A DNA stretch of 63,478 nt, filler included, from Nemertoderma westbladi (Eukaryota; Animalia; Xenacoelomorpha): the NCBI GenBank assembly GCA_032718475.1. It is 3 parts of 3 records of this genome, joined end to end, with 100 filler letters (N's around TTAATTAATTAA, not from the genome) between each part and the next. Parts side by side here need not be neighbours in the genome. Positions count along the whole stretch, not along the records: positions 24,549 to 48,194 come from JAUCBJ010003663.1; positions 48,295 to 63,478 come from JAUCBJ010007663.1; 1 more part is not named here. One strand, given 5' to 3'. Made by a program: the position numbers and the translations under genes. Under the pieces are notes generated by a model, which worked only from the letters and a program-made list of their open reading frames with translations, ran no database searches and was not told where the DNA came from. Position 1 is the first letter of the stretch; every line of letters begins with the position of its first letter. Below, piece by piece: positions 36,024 through 48,565 of the stretch.

Positions 36024-36457
36024 CCACATTTTAATTAGGCAGTGATTTTTTATGTCCTTTTATTTGACTTTTTTTGTCCTCCTATTTTTACGAATTGTGC
36101 ATAATGACTTTTGTTGTCCTTTTAATGACTTTTATTGTCCTTTTAATGACTTTTTATGTATGTATTTCTTCAAACTGTCAGACTGCTGATTTCTGGACTG
36201 TCAGACAGTTGATTTCAACATGCCTATGCCAAAACATTCAAAATTTGTTGATTTCTGGTCTGTCGGACAGTTGGTTTCACTATGCCTGTGCCAAAACATT
36301 CCATGATTCCATGATTTATAGACTATGAGATAGAATTCCATATGCGCCTGTGGTAAAAGACTCTAAATTTAATAGTTTGTGGTTGTTGTCGATAATCGAT
36401 TACCACATGACGTAGCAAAACACTCATTTTATAGCCAAAAACAATTGCCAATTGATG

Positions 36458-37182
36458 GAAAGGAGCAGGTTAAGGCCGGATTTTCTAACCAAAACAATAA
36501 ACGATCATTTAACTAATTGAGGGAAAGGAGCACGTTACAGAGACGGGATTTTCTAACCAAAACAATAAACAATAACATTACCAATTGAGAGAAAGGAGCA
36601 CGTTACAGATGCGGGATTTTCTAACCAAAACAATAAACAGTCACATTACCAAATCAGGGAAAGGAGCAGGTTACAGAGGCGGGATTTTCTAACCAAAACA
36701 ATAAACGATCATTTAACTAATTGAGGGAAAGGAGCAGGTTACAGAGACGGGATTTTCTAACCAAAACAATAAACGATAACATAACCAATTGAGAGAAAGG
36801 AGCAGGTTACAGATGCGGGATTTTCTAACCAAAACAATAAACAGTCACTTTACCAAATCAGGGACAGGAGCAGGTTACAGAGACGGGATTTTCTAACCAA
36901 AACAATAAACGATAACATTACCAATTGAGAGAAAGGAGCAGGTTACAGGAGGCGGGATTTCCTAACCAAAGCAATAAACGATCACTTAATTAATTGAGGG
37001 AAAGGGGCAGGTTACAGAGGCGGGATTTTCTAACCAAAACAATAAACAGTCACTTTACAAAATGAAGGAAAGGAGCAGGTTACAGAGGCGGGCCTTTCTA
37101 ACCAAAACAATAAACGGTCACTTTACCAAATCAGGCAAAGGAGCAGGTTACAGATGAGGCGGGATGTTCTAACCAAAACAAC
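36458..37182. repeat. About 60-bp tandem repeat (aaggagcaggttacagaggcgggattttctaaccaaaacaataaac...), about 12 copies
   Basis: Direct periodicity; related monomers occur inverted at about 29370-29515, 41440-41540, 46230 and 55240. Confidence 0.9.
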
Positions 37183-37739
37183 CGGTCAGCCGGTAGGCCT
37201 ACCAGTACCGTATTTAAATGGTAGGCTACACAGTAGGCCTACAGCAGTGCCGGTACCGGTACTAAAATACAGCAATGCCTGCTTTATACCTACATCTGTA
37301 CATACAATACAGCAAAATAGTGCTATATAAACTAATACCGGTACTGATAGCCTGAGAGAACAGCAGTAGAGAAACCGGTAGCATGGAACCTAACATTAGA
37401 TTTTTGGAGGACATAAAAAATAAAAAATAAGGACAAAAAAAGGATTTAAACGGACAATAAAAATTATTGCGTTTTAATTAGGGTTAAAAAATATAAACAA
37501 ATTAAAAAAATAATAAACAAATAAATCTAAGTTAAAGTGCTGCACGGTACGCTAGGCCTACTTACAGTATTATTACTGTATTATACTTAAGACTATGGGG
37601 AGGAGGGCATTCTTCTTGGGGGGGGGGGGGGGGGGGGGGACTACTATATACTTACTATTATATGAAGCAGTATAGTAGTCCTTGACATACAGTGATTTAT
37701 CAAATAGGTCTGTAGTTAGTTACCTACCCTAATGAAAGC

Positions 37740-38005
37740 CTCCGCTTTGCAGGACATTGCTTTCGCCGTGAGGACCAGCCAGTGCATAATCTTGTACTTT
37801 GACAGCCTCATGGAGTGAATAAGCATGGTGGACAGCCCATGACTTTCTTGAGACGCATCTTAAAGGACACTGGCCTTGAAGATGCGGATGATCTAGCAAA
37901 TGTCATGGGTGATAGGGAGTTGTGGCGGCGCAATTTTGTTGACAAACCGGCACAGCATTCTTAAAAATGCAGCTGCAATGCAGCATGCCGATACTAGTAG
38001 TAGTA
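37740..38005 (+). mobile_element. 5'-truncated RTE-clade LINE 3' end with (TAG)n tail
   Basis: Translates LRFAGHCFRREDQPVHNLVL*QPHG...DTGLEDADDLANVMGDRELWRRNFVD and ends in tagtagtagta. Confidence 0.85.
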
Positions 38006-38019
38006 ATGAAAGATAGGAT

Positions 38020-38868
38020 GGCACCCCCAACACACACGCATCCCCCAATCAACACGCACCCCCAACACACACACGCCCACCCTCCCACACGCAAACCCCA
38101 CGCACCGACACCCCCCTCACACACGCACCACCACCCCCCCCCCCCCCCCTCCCACACGCACCCCCTCCCACCACACGCACCCCCATCCCCTCCCCTCCCA
38201 CACACACCCACCCTCCCACACGCACCAACACAACCACATGCACCCCCTCCCACACGCACCCCCAACCCACACGAACCCCCAACCCACACGCACCCCCAAC
38301 CCACTCGCACCCCCAACCCACACGTACCCCCTCCCACACACGGCCACCCTCCCACACGCACCCCCTCCCACACGCACCCCCAACCCACAAGCACCCCCCA
38401 ACCCACACGCTCCCCCTCCCACACGCATCCCCCTCCCCTCCCACACAGGGCCACCCTCCCACACGCACCCCCTCCCACACGCAGCCCCTCCCACACGCAC
38501 CCCCCTCCCCTCCCACACACACCCACCCTCCCATATGCACCCCCTCCCACACGCACCCCCAACCCACACGCACCCCCAACCCACACGCACCGGCACCCCT
38601 CTCCCTCACGCACCGACACCCACTCCCACACGCACCGGCACCCCTCTCCCACACGACACGCACCGGCACCCCTCTCCCTCACGCACCGACACCCCCTCCC
38701 ACACGCACCCCCAACCCACACGCACCCCCAACCCACACGCACCGGCACCCCTCTCCCTCACGCACCGACACCCCCTCCCACACGCACCCCCAACCCACAC
38801 GCACCGGCACCCCTCTCCCTCACGCACCGACACCCCCTCCCACACGCACCGTCACCCAGCCTCCCTCA
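38020..38868. repeat. C/A-rich low-complexity repeat (cccacacgcacccc variants)
   Basis: Directly visible; overlapping Pro/His/Thr and Gly/Val/Cys ORFs are open in most frames. Confidence 0.9.
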
Positions 38869-39328
38869 TAATTATTCCTTTTAACCACATTTTATCTTGG
38901 ACTTCTAGAATATTATTTATATCTTAAATATGTAAATATAATTAAATTAATATTCTAGATTCAATGATTATGCACATAATTTAGTGTTACCACTTCCGCC
39001 ATATACGGAGTATTAATTAATATCACGAAATACGAGCTGCATTATTAATACATATAGGCCTACATCTATTTCCCAATTCTCTCTCTCTCGTCGCATTCAT
39101 ATTTTATATTTTTCTTAAAGTCAAAATACAACCGTAATTCATTAAACTACTACAATAATTATTTTTCTCCAACTTCTCTGGTTTTCTACTAATTATATAA
39201 TTCTAAAAAAATTATCGAAGTAATGAAATGCAATAAGAACAAACAGATTTATAGCCTATATAACAAAATATAGTAGGCCTACTATGAAATGAATAGAGAT
39301 TGAGAACAGCAATGCAAAAATATTATCC

Positions 39329-39400
39329 TAGCAGAGCGTGGTTTCGATCCACGGACCTCTGGGTTATGGGCCCAGCACGCTTCCACTGCGCCACTCTGCT
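39329..39400 (-). tRNA. Initiator tRNA-Met (CAT)
   Basis: AGCAGAGTGGCGCAGTGGAAGCGTGCTGGGCCCATAACCCAGAGGTCCGTGGATCGAAACCACGCTCTGCTA: A1-U72 pair, GGG/CCC anticodon stem, AUCG T-loop, and a TTTTT terminator just downstream. Confidence 0.98.
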
Positions 39401-39821
39401 GGTTGAAGGATACGTGTAATTTATGGGAGTAATGAAAGCAGGAAGTTTACAAATATTATTGTACTAGCTTGTTGTCAAAATAAAGTGGGAAATTTAAATT
39501 ATTGATACGTGTTTATTGTTACTTTTCTGTGATTTACAACTATTATACAGTTAGTTATATAAATATTATATGCTTTTATGAACCGGTACCGGTATAACTG
39601 AATATTGAACTGAGTAATAAACTAACAAGTGTTGAGAATAGTAACAAGAAATTAACCAAATACCTTATGTTACCCTTACTTACCCATTCTGCCATTATCA
39701 GATTTTATACCGGTTCTGCGTAGATACTACAGTACTATACCGGTCCCGATAATTAAAATCTCCAAAAATTACTTTTATTTTAATTAATTTAATTTGTAGG
39801 TAGATAGTTATTTATGTGTTA

Positions 39822-40013
39822 AGCCCGGTTCCCAGATCCCAGATACACTTCGCAGTGACAGCGCTCTGACGCTGGTCGATCGCAGTATTTTTGTTTTTGA
39901 TAACAGCGCTGTGAAAACACGGAGCAGCGCTGTCAAAGTGTCAAAGTGCGTTCAAAACTAGACGTAAAGCCACCGCGCTGTCACCCGGGTGAAGTTTATC
40001 TGTGAACCGGGCT
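39822..40013. mobile_element. Small Harbinger-like MITE
   Basis: TIRs agcccggttc.caga / tctgtgaaccgggct, flanked by TTA on both sides. Confidence 0.75.
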
Positions 40014-41217
40014 TTAGTGTTAGGATATTAAATTTAGTTAATAACAAAGCCAAAGAGCAAAGACCCCAAGTCTACTGAGGCGAGGCAGACAGGACTGTGG
40101 AATAGGAGGTAGTCTTTATTTCGGTACCTTTAAGAGTGGAGGATGAACCCGCTAGTGCAGAGTCGAGAGTCTCGATGAATGAGTTCTCGTATTACCGACG
40201 TGATTTTCAACAACATTGATAATTACAAGTAAGACATTACAATATACACCTAACAGTAGGCCCTCCACGTTGTAGTGTAAACATTACCAACAAACATGTA
40301 AGTAAGGGGTCTAGGCCGGCTATTAAAGCCATAATATTTAAACTTAATATCGCTATAATAATCGTTATAATACTACTTCTCAGTTCTTACCACATAGGGG
40401 ATCTGTTTTTGTATATTTTGGCCGATACCAGGAATTTGTGTGAGAGACATAAAATAAATACATTATCTTATAAATAACATCATTATAGATCATACATTCA
40501 TACATTTTCCCTTTTGAGAAGCCATGGATGGGTGTGTATTTGTTTTTGCCATTATTTCTCATTATTTGTTAGTCGTTTTATTTTGGTTTTGATTTACTTT
40601 AAGGTGGGCTTATTTATGCATATCACTGATATTTATTTGCATAACTATTTACATGACTTTTACATAACTGTTGTTAAGTTGCCTTAAAATTTGGTTTCGT
40701 CTACTTTTCCAAGATGCATCGTAAATGGCACGTAAATGACGTAAATGACGTCAGCACTTTAGGGGGGGGGGGGGAGTTGGGAAAATCTGATGACGTGCTG
40801 ATGAGGGGAGGGGAGGGGGTCAGCCAAAATCTGACGTCAGCATATGTTCATTTATAGGTGCTAGAAGAGATATAGCAGAAGAGTAAATAGCTTGCCTATT
40901 TTAATTGTTCGAAGCCCCCGAAGGCCCGTAGCACGACCTTCTGTTTCAGTTACCAGTCACCATGTTTCAGTGATTAGGACGCGAAATTTTTTTAATCTGA
41001 TTTAGGGGAGGGGGGGGGGGAGTCAACGCCTATCTGATGACATCTGATTTAGGGGAGGGAGGGGGTCAACATTTTGGGGAAAAGTGCAGACGTCATACTT
41101 GGACGGCCCCTTATACATATTTCGAAAGCTCAGAATTTTCTATTTTTTTGTGCTAATCAGAGATAAAGCTAATTATCACTATCTACAAATTGCAGACAAC
41201 TTCCAAGATATTATATA

Positions 41218-41392
41218 TAAAATTAATCGTTCTCCACTAAGATTAATCGTTCTCCACTAAAATTAATCGTTCTCTTCTAAGATTAATCATTCTCCTCTAA
41301 GATTAATCGTTCTCCACTAAAATTAATCATTCTCCACTAAAAATAATCATTATCCACTAAAAAAAATCATTCTCCACTAAGATAAATCGTTC
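41218..41392. repeat. 20-bp tandem repeat (aattaatcgttctccactaa)
   Basis: About 9 copies are visible. Confidence 0.9.
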
Positions 41393-41833
41393 ATAACTAT
41401 TTTTTACTGGCATTGGAATTCGGAATACCGGTACATATTTTGTTGGTTATAAAAACCTACCTCTGCAACCTGCTGCTTTCCCCCAATTGGTAACAACATT
41501 GTTTATTGTTTTGGTTATAAAAGCCTATCTCTGTAACGAATTGATTTAATTTGGTGGAAAATGAATTAATTTTAGTTATAAGTGATTAATTTTAGTGTTA
41601 TAGAAAAACGTGTGCCTTTTTATATTATGTCCCTATCTTTCAGAACGAAAATCCACGGTGATATCCGTACTTAAATGTCACCTAGTATGTAAATCATGCC
41701 TATACAGCCATATAGTAATCATCAATTATCCGTGGCCAAGACTGCGGCGGGGACTATTATTGTTGACAAGTTGCGCATTTCATATGTTCATATGTTACTT
41801 GTCAAGAAAGTATGTAAACTTGACGACAATTTA

Positions 41834-44800
41834 ACACGTTCGTGGGGCCTTCGCGCAGCACGAGGCCCAGTTATGAGATACAAATCAAAATTGAGCGACT
41901 GTATCACAAAATCAGGTTTTGAGAAATTTACCCACACCACCAATCAATCAAAGAAAGGGGGACAGTACGTGTTCACCCCTTTTAATCCCCCCCCCCCCCC
42001 CCCCACCCTTCCCAACCACCAATACATAACCGCGACATCTACCACCCACGGAAGGGTAGCACGAACTTATTTCCAATCGCACGTTCAATATGCAAAGCCA
42101 GGTGGTTTATAGGAATAGAATAAACGCAGTACTCGTATTCATTATAAGCCTCGTTTTGTATTTAAATATATTTCTTAAACGCAGGCTAGGACGTTCTTTA
42201 TAATAATAATAACTAGGGATGCGATCAATATGTGAAGCCAGGTGGTTTATATAATAATTTAGTCAACGCAGTACTCGTCTTCATTATATGCCTCGTTGCG
42301 CTCGTCGCTTGTCCTGTTTTGTTATAAAATATTTTTCCTAAACGCAGACTGACGATCTTTATACAGTTATAACTATGCGAAGTTTCGAAACTGTGCGAGT
42401 AACTGTTGATACATCTATGTGGATATGTGTGATATGTGGAGATGTGTGATACAACGCCAACGCATCTTATGCCGATGTAGTAATATGGGTATTGAAATAA
42501 TATTAAATTAATGTACACTCTTAAAGCTGCAGCGAAAAAATGTAGCTAATTTCCTAGGTTACATATAAAATAATAATATTATTTTTAAGAACATTAATTT
42601 TACTACTTTGCAAAAATTCAATTAAAAAATAACCAGACATATACATTGTGGAATAAACTATTTCAGAAGCCTACACAACAGCCATGCCATGGATAGTATT
42701 TATGTTATGATATCTGTCATTCACCTGAGATAGCAATACAACATATTTATAGTGAATTTAAAGAATGCTGTCAGGGCTGGAATAGCAATACTGGTTGTCT
42801 ATTACTATTCCTCTCTGGTTAGTCTTAGCAACAACTCCCAGCCAGCAGCAGAGACTTGACCAATAATCATTCCCAGCAACTGGGAATGACACACACATCC
42901 CATCTATGTACCAGCATGTTGGCCAATAAATGAGCAGTATTTAATGAGAATAAATTTTTTTTGCCGTTTTAATTACTTTAGATCAATTAAAGACACAATT
43001 ATTAAAGCAAATCACTTGAACTAATTAAAAACTATAATAGAATGGCGTATGGGGATTACATCTGTATAATTTTTAATTATAATTATTTAAATCTTATACT
43101 GTAAAACAATTAATTTCCTTTAAAAGGCAGGTTGAAAATGGTGTTTTTACCGTAATAACTTAATTAACTAATTAACTGCTATTATCTTAGCTTCTCGAAG
43201 GCCACACTGAAATTCTACTTGGAAAATTTCTAAACTTTTGCCAAACAACATGTGTACCAAGTTTGGATAGATTTCATCAAAGATTGGCCGAGTTATTAAC
43301 GTTTAAAATTGAACGCGACAGAACGACAGAACGACACGTTCGTGGGGCCTTCGCGCAGCACGAGGCCCAGTTATGAGATACAAATTAAAATTGTGCGACT
43401 GTATCACAAAATCAGGTTATGAGATATTAACCCACACCACCAATTAATCAAAGAAAGGGGGACAGTACGTGTTCACCCCTTTTAATCTGCACACCCCCCC
43501 CCCTCCCCCCACCCACCAATACATAACCGCGACATCTACCACCCACGGAAGGGTAGCACGAACTTATTTCCAATCGCACGTTAAATATGCAAAGCCAGGT
43601 GGTTTATAGGAATATAATAAACGCAGTACTCGTTTTCATTATAAGCCTCTTTGCGTTCGTCCTGTTTTGTATTTAAATATATTTCTTAAACGCAGGCTAG
43701 GACGATCTTTATAATAATAATAACTAGGGATGCGATCAATATGTGAAGCCAGGTGGTTTATATAACAATTTAGTCAACGCAGTACTCGTCTTCATTATAT
43801 GCCTCGTTGCGCTCGTCGCTTGTCCTGTTTTGTCATAAAATATTTTTCCTAAACGCAGACTGACGATCTTTATACAGTTATAACTATGCGAAGTTTCGAA
43901 ACTGTGCGAGTAACTGTTGATACATCTATGTGGAGATGTGTGATATGTGGAGATGTGTGATACAACGCCAACGCATCTTATGCCGATGTAGTAATATGGG
44001 TATTGAAATAATATTAAATCAATGTACACTCTTAAAGCTGCAGCGAAATAATGTAGCTAATTTCCTAGGTTACATATAAAATAATAATATTATTTTTAAG
44101 AACATTAATTTTACTACTTTGCAAAAATTCAATTAAAAAATAACCAGACATATACATTGTGGAATAAACTATTTCAGAAGCCTACACAACAGCCATGCCA
44201 TGGATTGTATTTATGTTATTATATCTGTCATTTACCTGAGATAGCAATACAACACTTATAGTAGAGTCAATACAGGAAGGATGATGGGATGTTGGATTTC
44301 AAGAATGATGTCTGGGCTGGAATAGCAATACTGGTTGCCTATTACAGTACAATTCCTCTCTGGTTAGTCTACAGCCACAACTCCAAGCCAGCTAGCTCCA
44401 CACCAGCAGAGACTTGACCAATAATCATTCCCAGCAAATACCTTACACACACATCCTTCCATCGTACCAGCATGTTAGCCAATAAATGAGCAGTATTTAA
44501 TGAGAATCAATTTTTTATGACGTTTTAATTACTTTAGATCAATTAAAGACACAATTAATAAAGCAAATCACTTGAACTAATTAAAAACTATAATAGAATG
44601 GCGTATGTGGATTACATCTGTATAATTTTTAAGTATAATTATTTAAATCTTATACTGTAAAACAATTAATTTCCTTTAAAAGGCAGGTTGAAAATGGTGT
44701 TTTTACCGTAATCAACTTAATTAACTAATTAACTGCTATTATCTTAGCTTCTCGAAGGCCACACGGAAATTCTACTTGGAAAATTTCTAAACTTTTGCCA

Positions 44801-45005
44801 AACAACATGTGTACCAAGTTTGGATAGATTTCATCAAGGATTGGCTGAGTTATTAACGTTTAAAATTGGACGCGACAGAACGACAGAACGACAGGTTGAT
44901 TAATGGTACCACTACGCTAAGGCTCACTCACTTCGTGGCTCGCCCCACAGGTTGATTAATGGTACCACTACGCTAAGGCTCACTCACTTCGTGGCTCGCC
45001 CCACA
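41834..45005 (+). mobile_element. Helentron/HINE-like element present as an about 1.5-kb head-to-tail dimer with a duplicated 3' terminus
   Basis: acacgttcgtggggccttcgcgcagcacg at 41834 and 43334; ccaagtttgg..atttcatcaa motif and (gacagaac) repeats near the unit ends; terminus gctaaggctcactcacttcgtggctcgccccac occurs twice in 44893-45005; partial copy at 49836-50468. Confidence 0.7.
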
Positions 45006-46939
45006 GTATTCACGAAATCATTGTTACAAGACTACTATATTTAGGGACAAACCACACAATATTTGACAAGTCTACGTTGACAAGACTACTTTTTTTATAA
45101 TAGTCTTGGAAATTCTAGCTCCTGTAGCCAAACTACAATTAATTAAAAATATGACACTTAATGCATATGAAGCCTAACACTTTGTGTAGTCTTGCTGTCT
45201 TGGAAGCATAACTGTCGATTTTTAAGGATAGTCAGATAGTCTCTGAATTTTTTTAAAGCCTTGAATTTTGATATCCAAGGAACAGTTTTTCTCTATATTT
45301 CGCGTAGTTGTAATAAACTTTATCCCAATTTCAAGCGGCTAATAGATTGATATTTTGGATGGTTCCACCGAATAGAACATAACATTTTAGTATAGAAGAA
45401 ATACTTTGCAGAATATATGTTTTTTATATATGTTTGTTTTATATGAAGTATAATACTGAAATTTCAAGATATATTTTTTTGTGCAAAGAAGTGGTTACAG
45501 AGGTTTTTCGACACATAGAATTTCCTTTCACCCTATACTTGGGTTTCCTGTCGCGATAAAATCGATTGAAATGTACTGCAAATAGTTTTACTGAACTGCA
45601 AATTATATGAGGATCGCATAGGTATGTTATATAATTGCATAAACTTGCGTGTATAATTAAATTTGTGCTACAATTTTACAATTTATATATGTTAAAGAGC
45701 AAAAAATTAGCATTCGAACGATACTTGAATAACAGAAATCCGTATAAGTCTCAGATTCATAGATTTATAATAGTAATTTATAAACTTGTACACAAGGTGG
45801 TCGGTTGTGTGGGTAACAGTTTGCTTCGGGTGCTGTACTGTAGTAATTACGAGTTTTATGTTGATATTGTACAGTAGGTATAGTAAAGGAAGAAATATTC
45901 CTCTCATCTGCTCATATAATTGGTTTTTTTTGTGTCTTACACTAATTGCACTGTAGTACTCCATGATACGCTGCGGGGATAGCGAGCCCACTCTGTACTG
46001 CACTCTCAGTGCAATGGTGGATTGGTGTAGTGGAACGGGCGGTTTTATTACACCCCTATAATCTGGTATAATATGAATCATGGAATATATACTAGATTAA
46101 GACGGAACCATATTTTATGGCAACCTTTGGGACCGCCAATATTTTAATAATAATTAATAGGTAATGGTAAGTTGATTTTTGAATACATTTTGAGTCATAA
46201 ATAATACTGTAAGCTGTTCTATTGACCTTAGTTTATTGTTTTGGTTAGAATAACGTACCACTGTAATTAAAAAGGAATTGACAAGATGTATTGTTACCTG
46301 ATCCTTTACCTTAGTTGATAATTTAACATTAAGGCGGGATATTATTTCTCCGATGAGATAGGATGAGTCAAATTTCCCACATGTCTCTCATATCAAAATA
46401 AAAATGTCATTTCTCTGGCTCTATCTATTGTTGGCACGCACGCGATGTCTTACTGCCTGTCAACGGTTGGTGGTGCACTTACAGGTTTGTACAACTATTC
46501 ATTCTTTTAATAATACTCAGCATCCATCTGAAAAATAAAGATCCGTCGAAATTTCTACTAAACGAGTTACTCCAACACGTAATATATTTTGCACTTATGA
46601 GATTAAGGTGATTACACCACTGAACTAAGCTTTGCTAGTAAGACTACTCGAGTTGTAGTAAACGTATAAGAGCTGGATTCTATTACATGGCGTGAAGCAA
46701 ATAGTTAGTGTTACATGCACACTTGATGAATAATAAATGTGTTGCTGCTAGAACCGGCTACATTGCTGCATTCTACATTGCTGCATTAAGAATGCTTAAT
46801 GATTAAATACCCCCACCCCCCAGTATAACTAATATTGTAAATTGACTTGTAAATGTGTTACTATTAAAGTACCCCAACGACCAACGCTCTGTTGTTTTCT
46901 CTCTCTCTTATTAAGAATGATATGATGATGTCTTATATC

Positions 46940-47248
46940 AACAAAATTGCGCCGCCACAACTCCCTAGCACCCATAGTAAAAAAATTGTCTTCAGCCGCT
47001 AGGCCAGGGATTACGCACAAAGTTTGACAACTTATTTCCAGTGCGTCCCCCCAGAACTTTACTCCCCAGAGGAAACTCCAGTACTCATTTAGCTACCCAC
47101 TTAAGGATGCAAGGCAGAGATGCGCCCTGGCTGGTCCCTTTAAAGCATTCGTGCCGAAACGAAAACTGCCCTGGCCCCCATGTGAGGATCGAACCCACGA
47201 CCTACGGGAGATGTGAATTCAATGCAACCACTACACCAAGGTGGAACC
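46940..47248 (-). mobile_element. tRNA-derived SINE followed by an RTE-like 3' segment
   Basis: Head GGTTCCACCTTGGTGTAGTGG (A box) ... GGTTCGATCC (B box); body shared with the other copies; then atgggtgctagggagttgtggcggcgcaattttgttga. Confidence 0.8.
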
Positions 47249-47556
47249 TCTATGCTGGTCCACTATGCTAATTATCTCTAATCGCGTGCTGCCTGGTTCC
47301 TACCTCGAAATCAATGTCCCGAATGCAATGTCCTGCAAACCGGCGGCGGTTCTGTTCGAAGTGTCACTTACAATGAATGATGTATTGTATACGATTGGAG
47401 ATGTGTGCATTGCACTTGGCACAATGAACTCGGCGTATCATTCTTGTGTGTTTGCCATCCAGAAATTTGGTGCCTCAGAAGTTAGAGCTCGGCCGTATTG
47501 TGATTTGATTGCTGCAATAATTTCCACATAAATCTCATATGCTACAAGTATGCTGA

Positions 47557-48001
47557 GTTTATTTTACCGAAAATAACATATCTTTTATTGGCGCAATTGT
47601 AGGACTAATCCCATCACATGCGTACTTTTTAACCGGGTAGTGTACAAATTTAGGAATGGCGTAATTTTTCTTGAAGTTAATATCTCATATCTCTCCAAAC
47701 CACGTACGCGTTTCGACCTTACTGGGTCTGATCAGCGTGGTGTCGGATTCGAACCTGGGACCTCGAGGTAGAAGCCGAGACAACAACCACTAAGCCACAG
47801 GTTCTTGAGATATGGAGTATCAATTTCAAAGCCAGTAAGGTCGAATCGCGTACGTGGTTTGGAGAGATATGAGATATTAATTTTAAGAAAAATTACGCGA
47901 TTCCTAAATTTGTACACTACCCGGTTAAAAAGTACGCATGTGATGGGATTAGTCCTACAATTGCGCCAATAAAAGATAAGTTATTTTCAGTAAAATAAAC
48001 T
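47557..48001. mobile_element. Palindromic MITE with about 170-bp arms and a tRNA-like sequence in the spacer
   Basis: 47557-47725 is the reverse complement of 47832-48001; the spacer on the minus strand reads GTGGCTTAGTGG...GGTTCGAATCC. Confidence 0.8.
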
Positions 48002-48194
48002 TATCATTCGAGGTTAAGACCCCTAGATCCCCTCCTATATATAATAAATATATAATAACAAACACCTCGATAAATACAGCTTGCCAACACATTGTTACTA
48101 ACAAGTATGCTGGACATTCGTGATCTGGAGACTGAATCGAAAGCCTTAGTCAAGAACGACAACGGCCAGATGTCTGTCTTTCTTTTTTTGATAA

Positions 48195-48294
48195 NNNNNN
48201 NNNNNNNNNNNNNNNNNNNNNNNNNNNNNNNNNNNNNNTTAATTAATTAANNNNNNNNNNNNNNNNNNNNNNNNNNNNNNNNNNNNNNNNNNNN
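48195..48294. other. Assembly gap with artificial TTAATTAATTAA linker
   Basis: Same construct as 24449-24548. Confidence 0.97.
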
Positions 48295-48295
48295 C

Positions 48296-48565
48296 TGTTA
48301 CGGTAACTGTACATCTGCCTCACCGGTTAGAGGACAGGTATCCTTCTGTCTAGTACGTAGGCATTAGACCCGCTCACGTACATAGAATAGATACAAGGCT
48401 CTGTTCCTCGCCAGTAGTCGTTTGTGTACTATATCTGTTTGTTTAGATATCCTGGACTGGGATTTGTTGTCAGATACTGTACAAGCCCGTATACATTACT
48501 AGAGTCTCATAGTAAGGTACATCGTTACTAGGATCTGGTAAGCGGTATACTACTGGACCCTTACA
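48296..48565. mobile_element. Possible LTR (270 bp, TGTTA...TTACA) beside the gap
   Basis: TG...CA termini with a short imperfect inverted repeat and an abrupt junction to the satellite; no second copy in the window. Confidence 0.35.

Noticed and set aside
37903-38927. Extensin-like Pro/His-rich or Gly/Cys-rich proteins
   Set aside because: Low-complexity DNA open in most frames on both strands; the longest ORF starts inside an RTE tail.
40178-40228. Possible first exon (MSSRITDVIFNNIDNY, followed by gtaaga) of a downstream gene
   Set aside because: Only an ATG and a donor-like site; there is no signal peptide or homology to link it to the LamG gene.
47241-47531. 96-aa ORF as an upstream exon of the LamG/EGF gene
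   Set aside because: No recognisable domain or convincing splice sites; it begins in a SINE.
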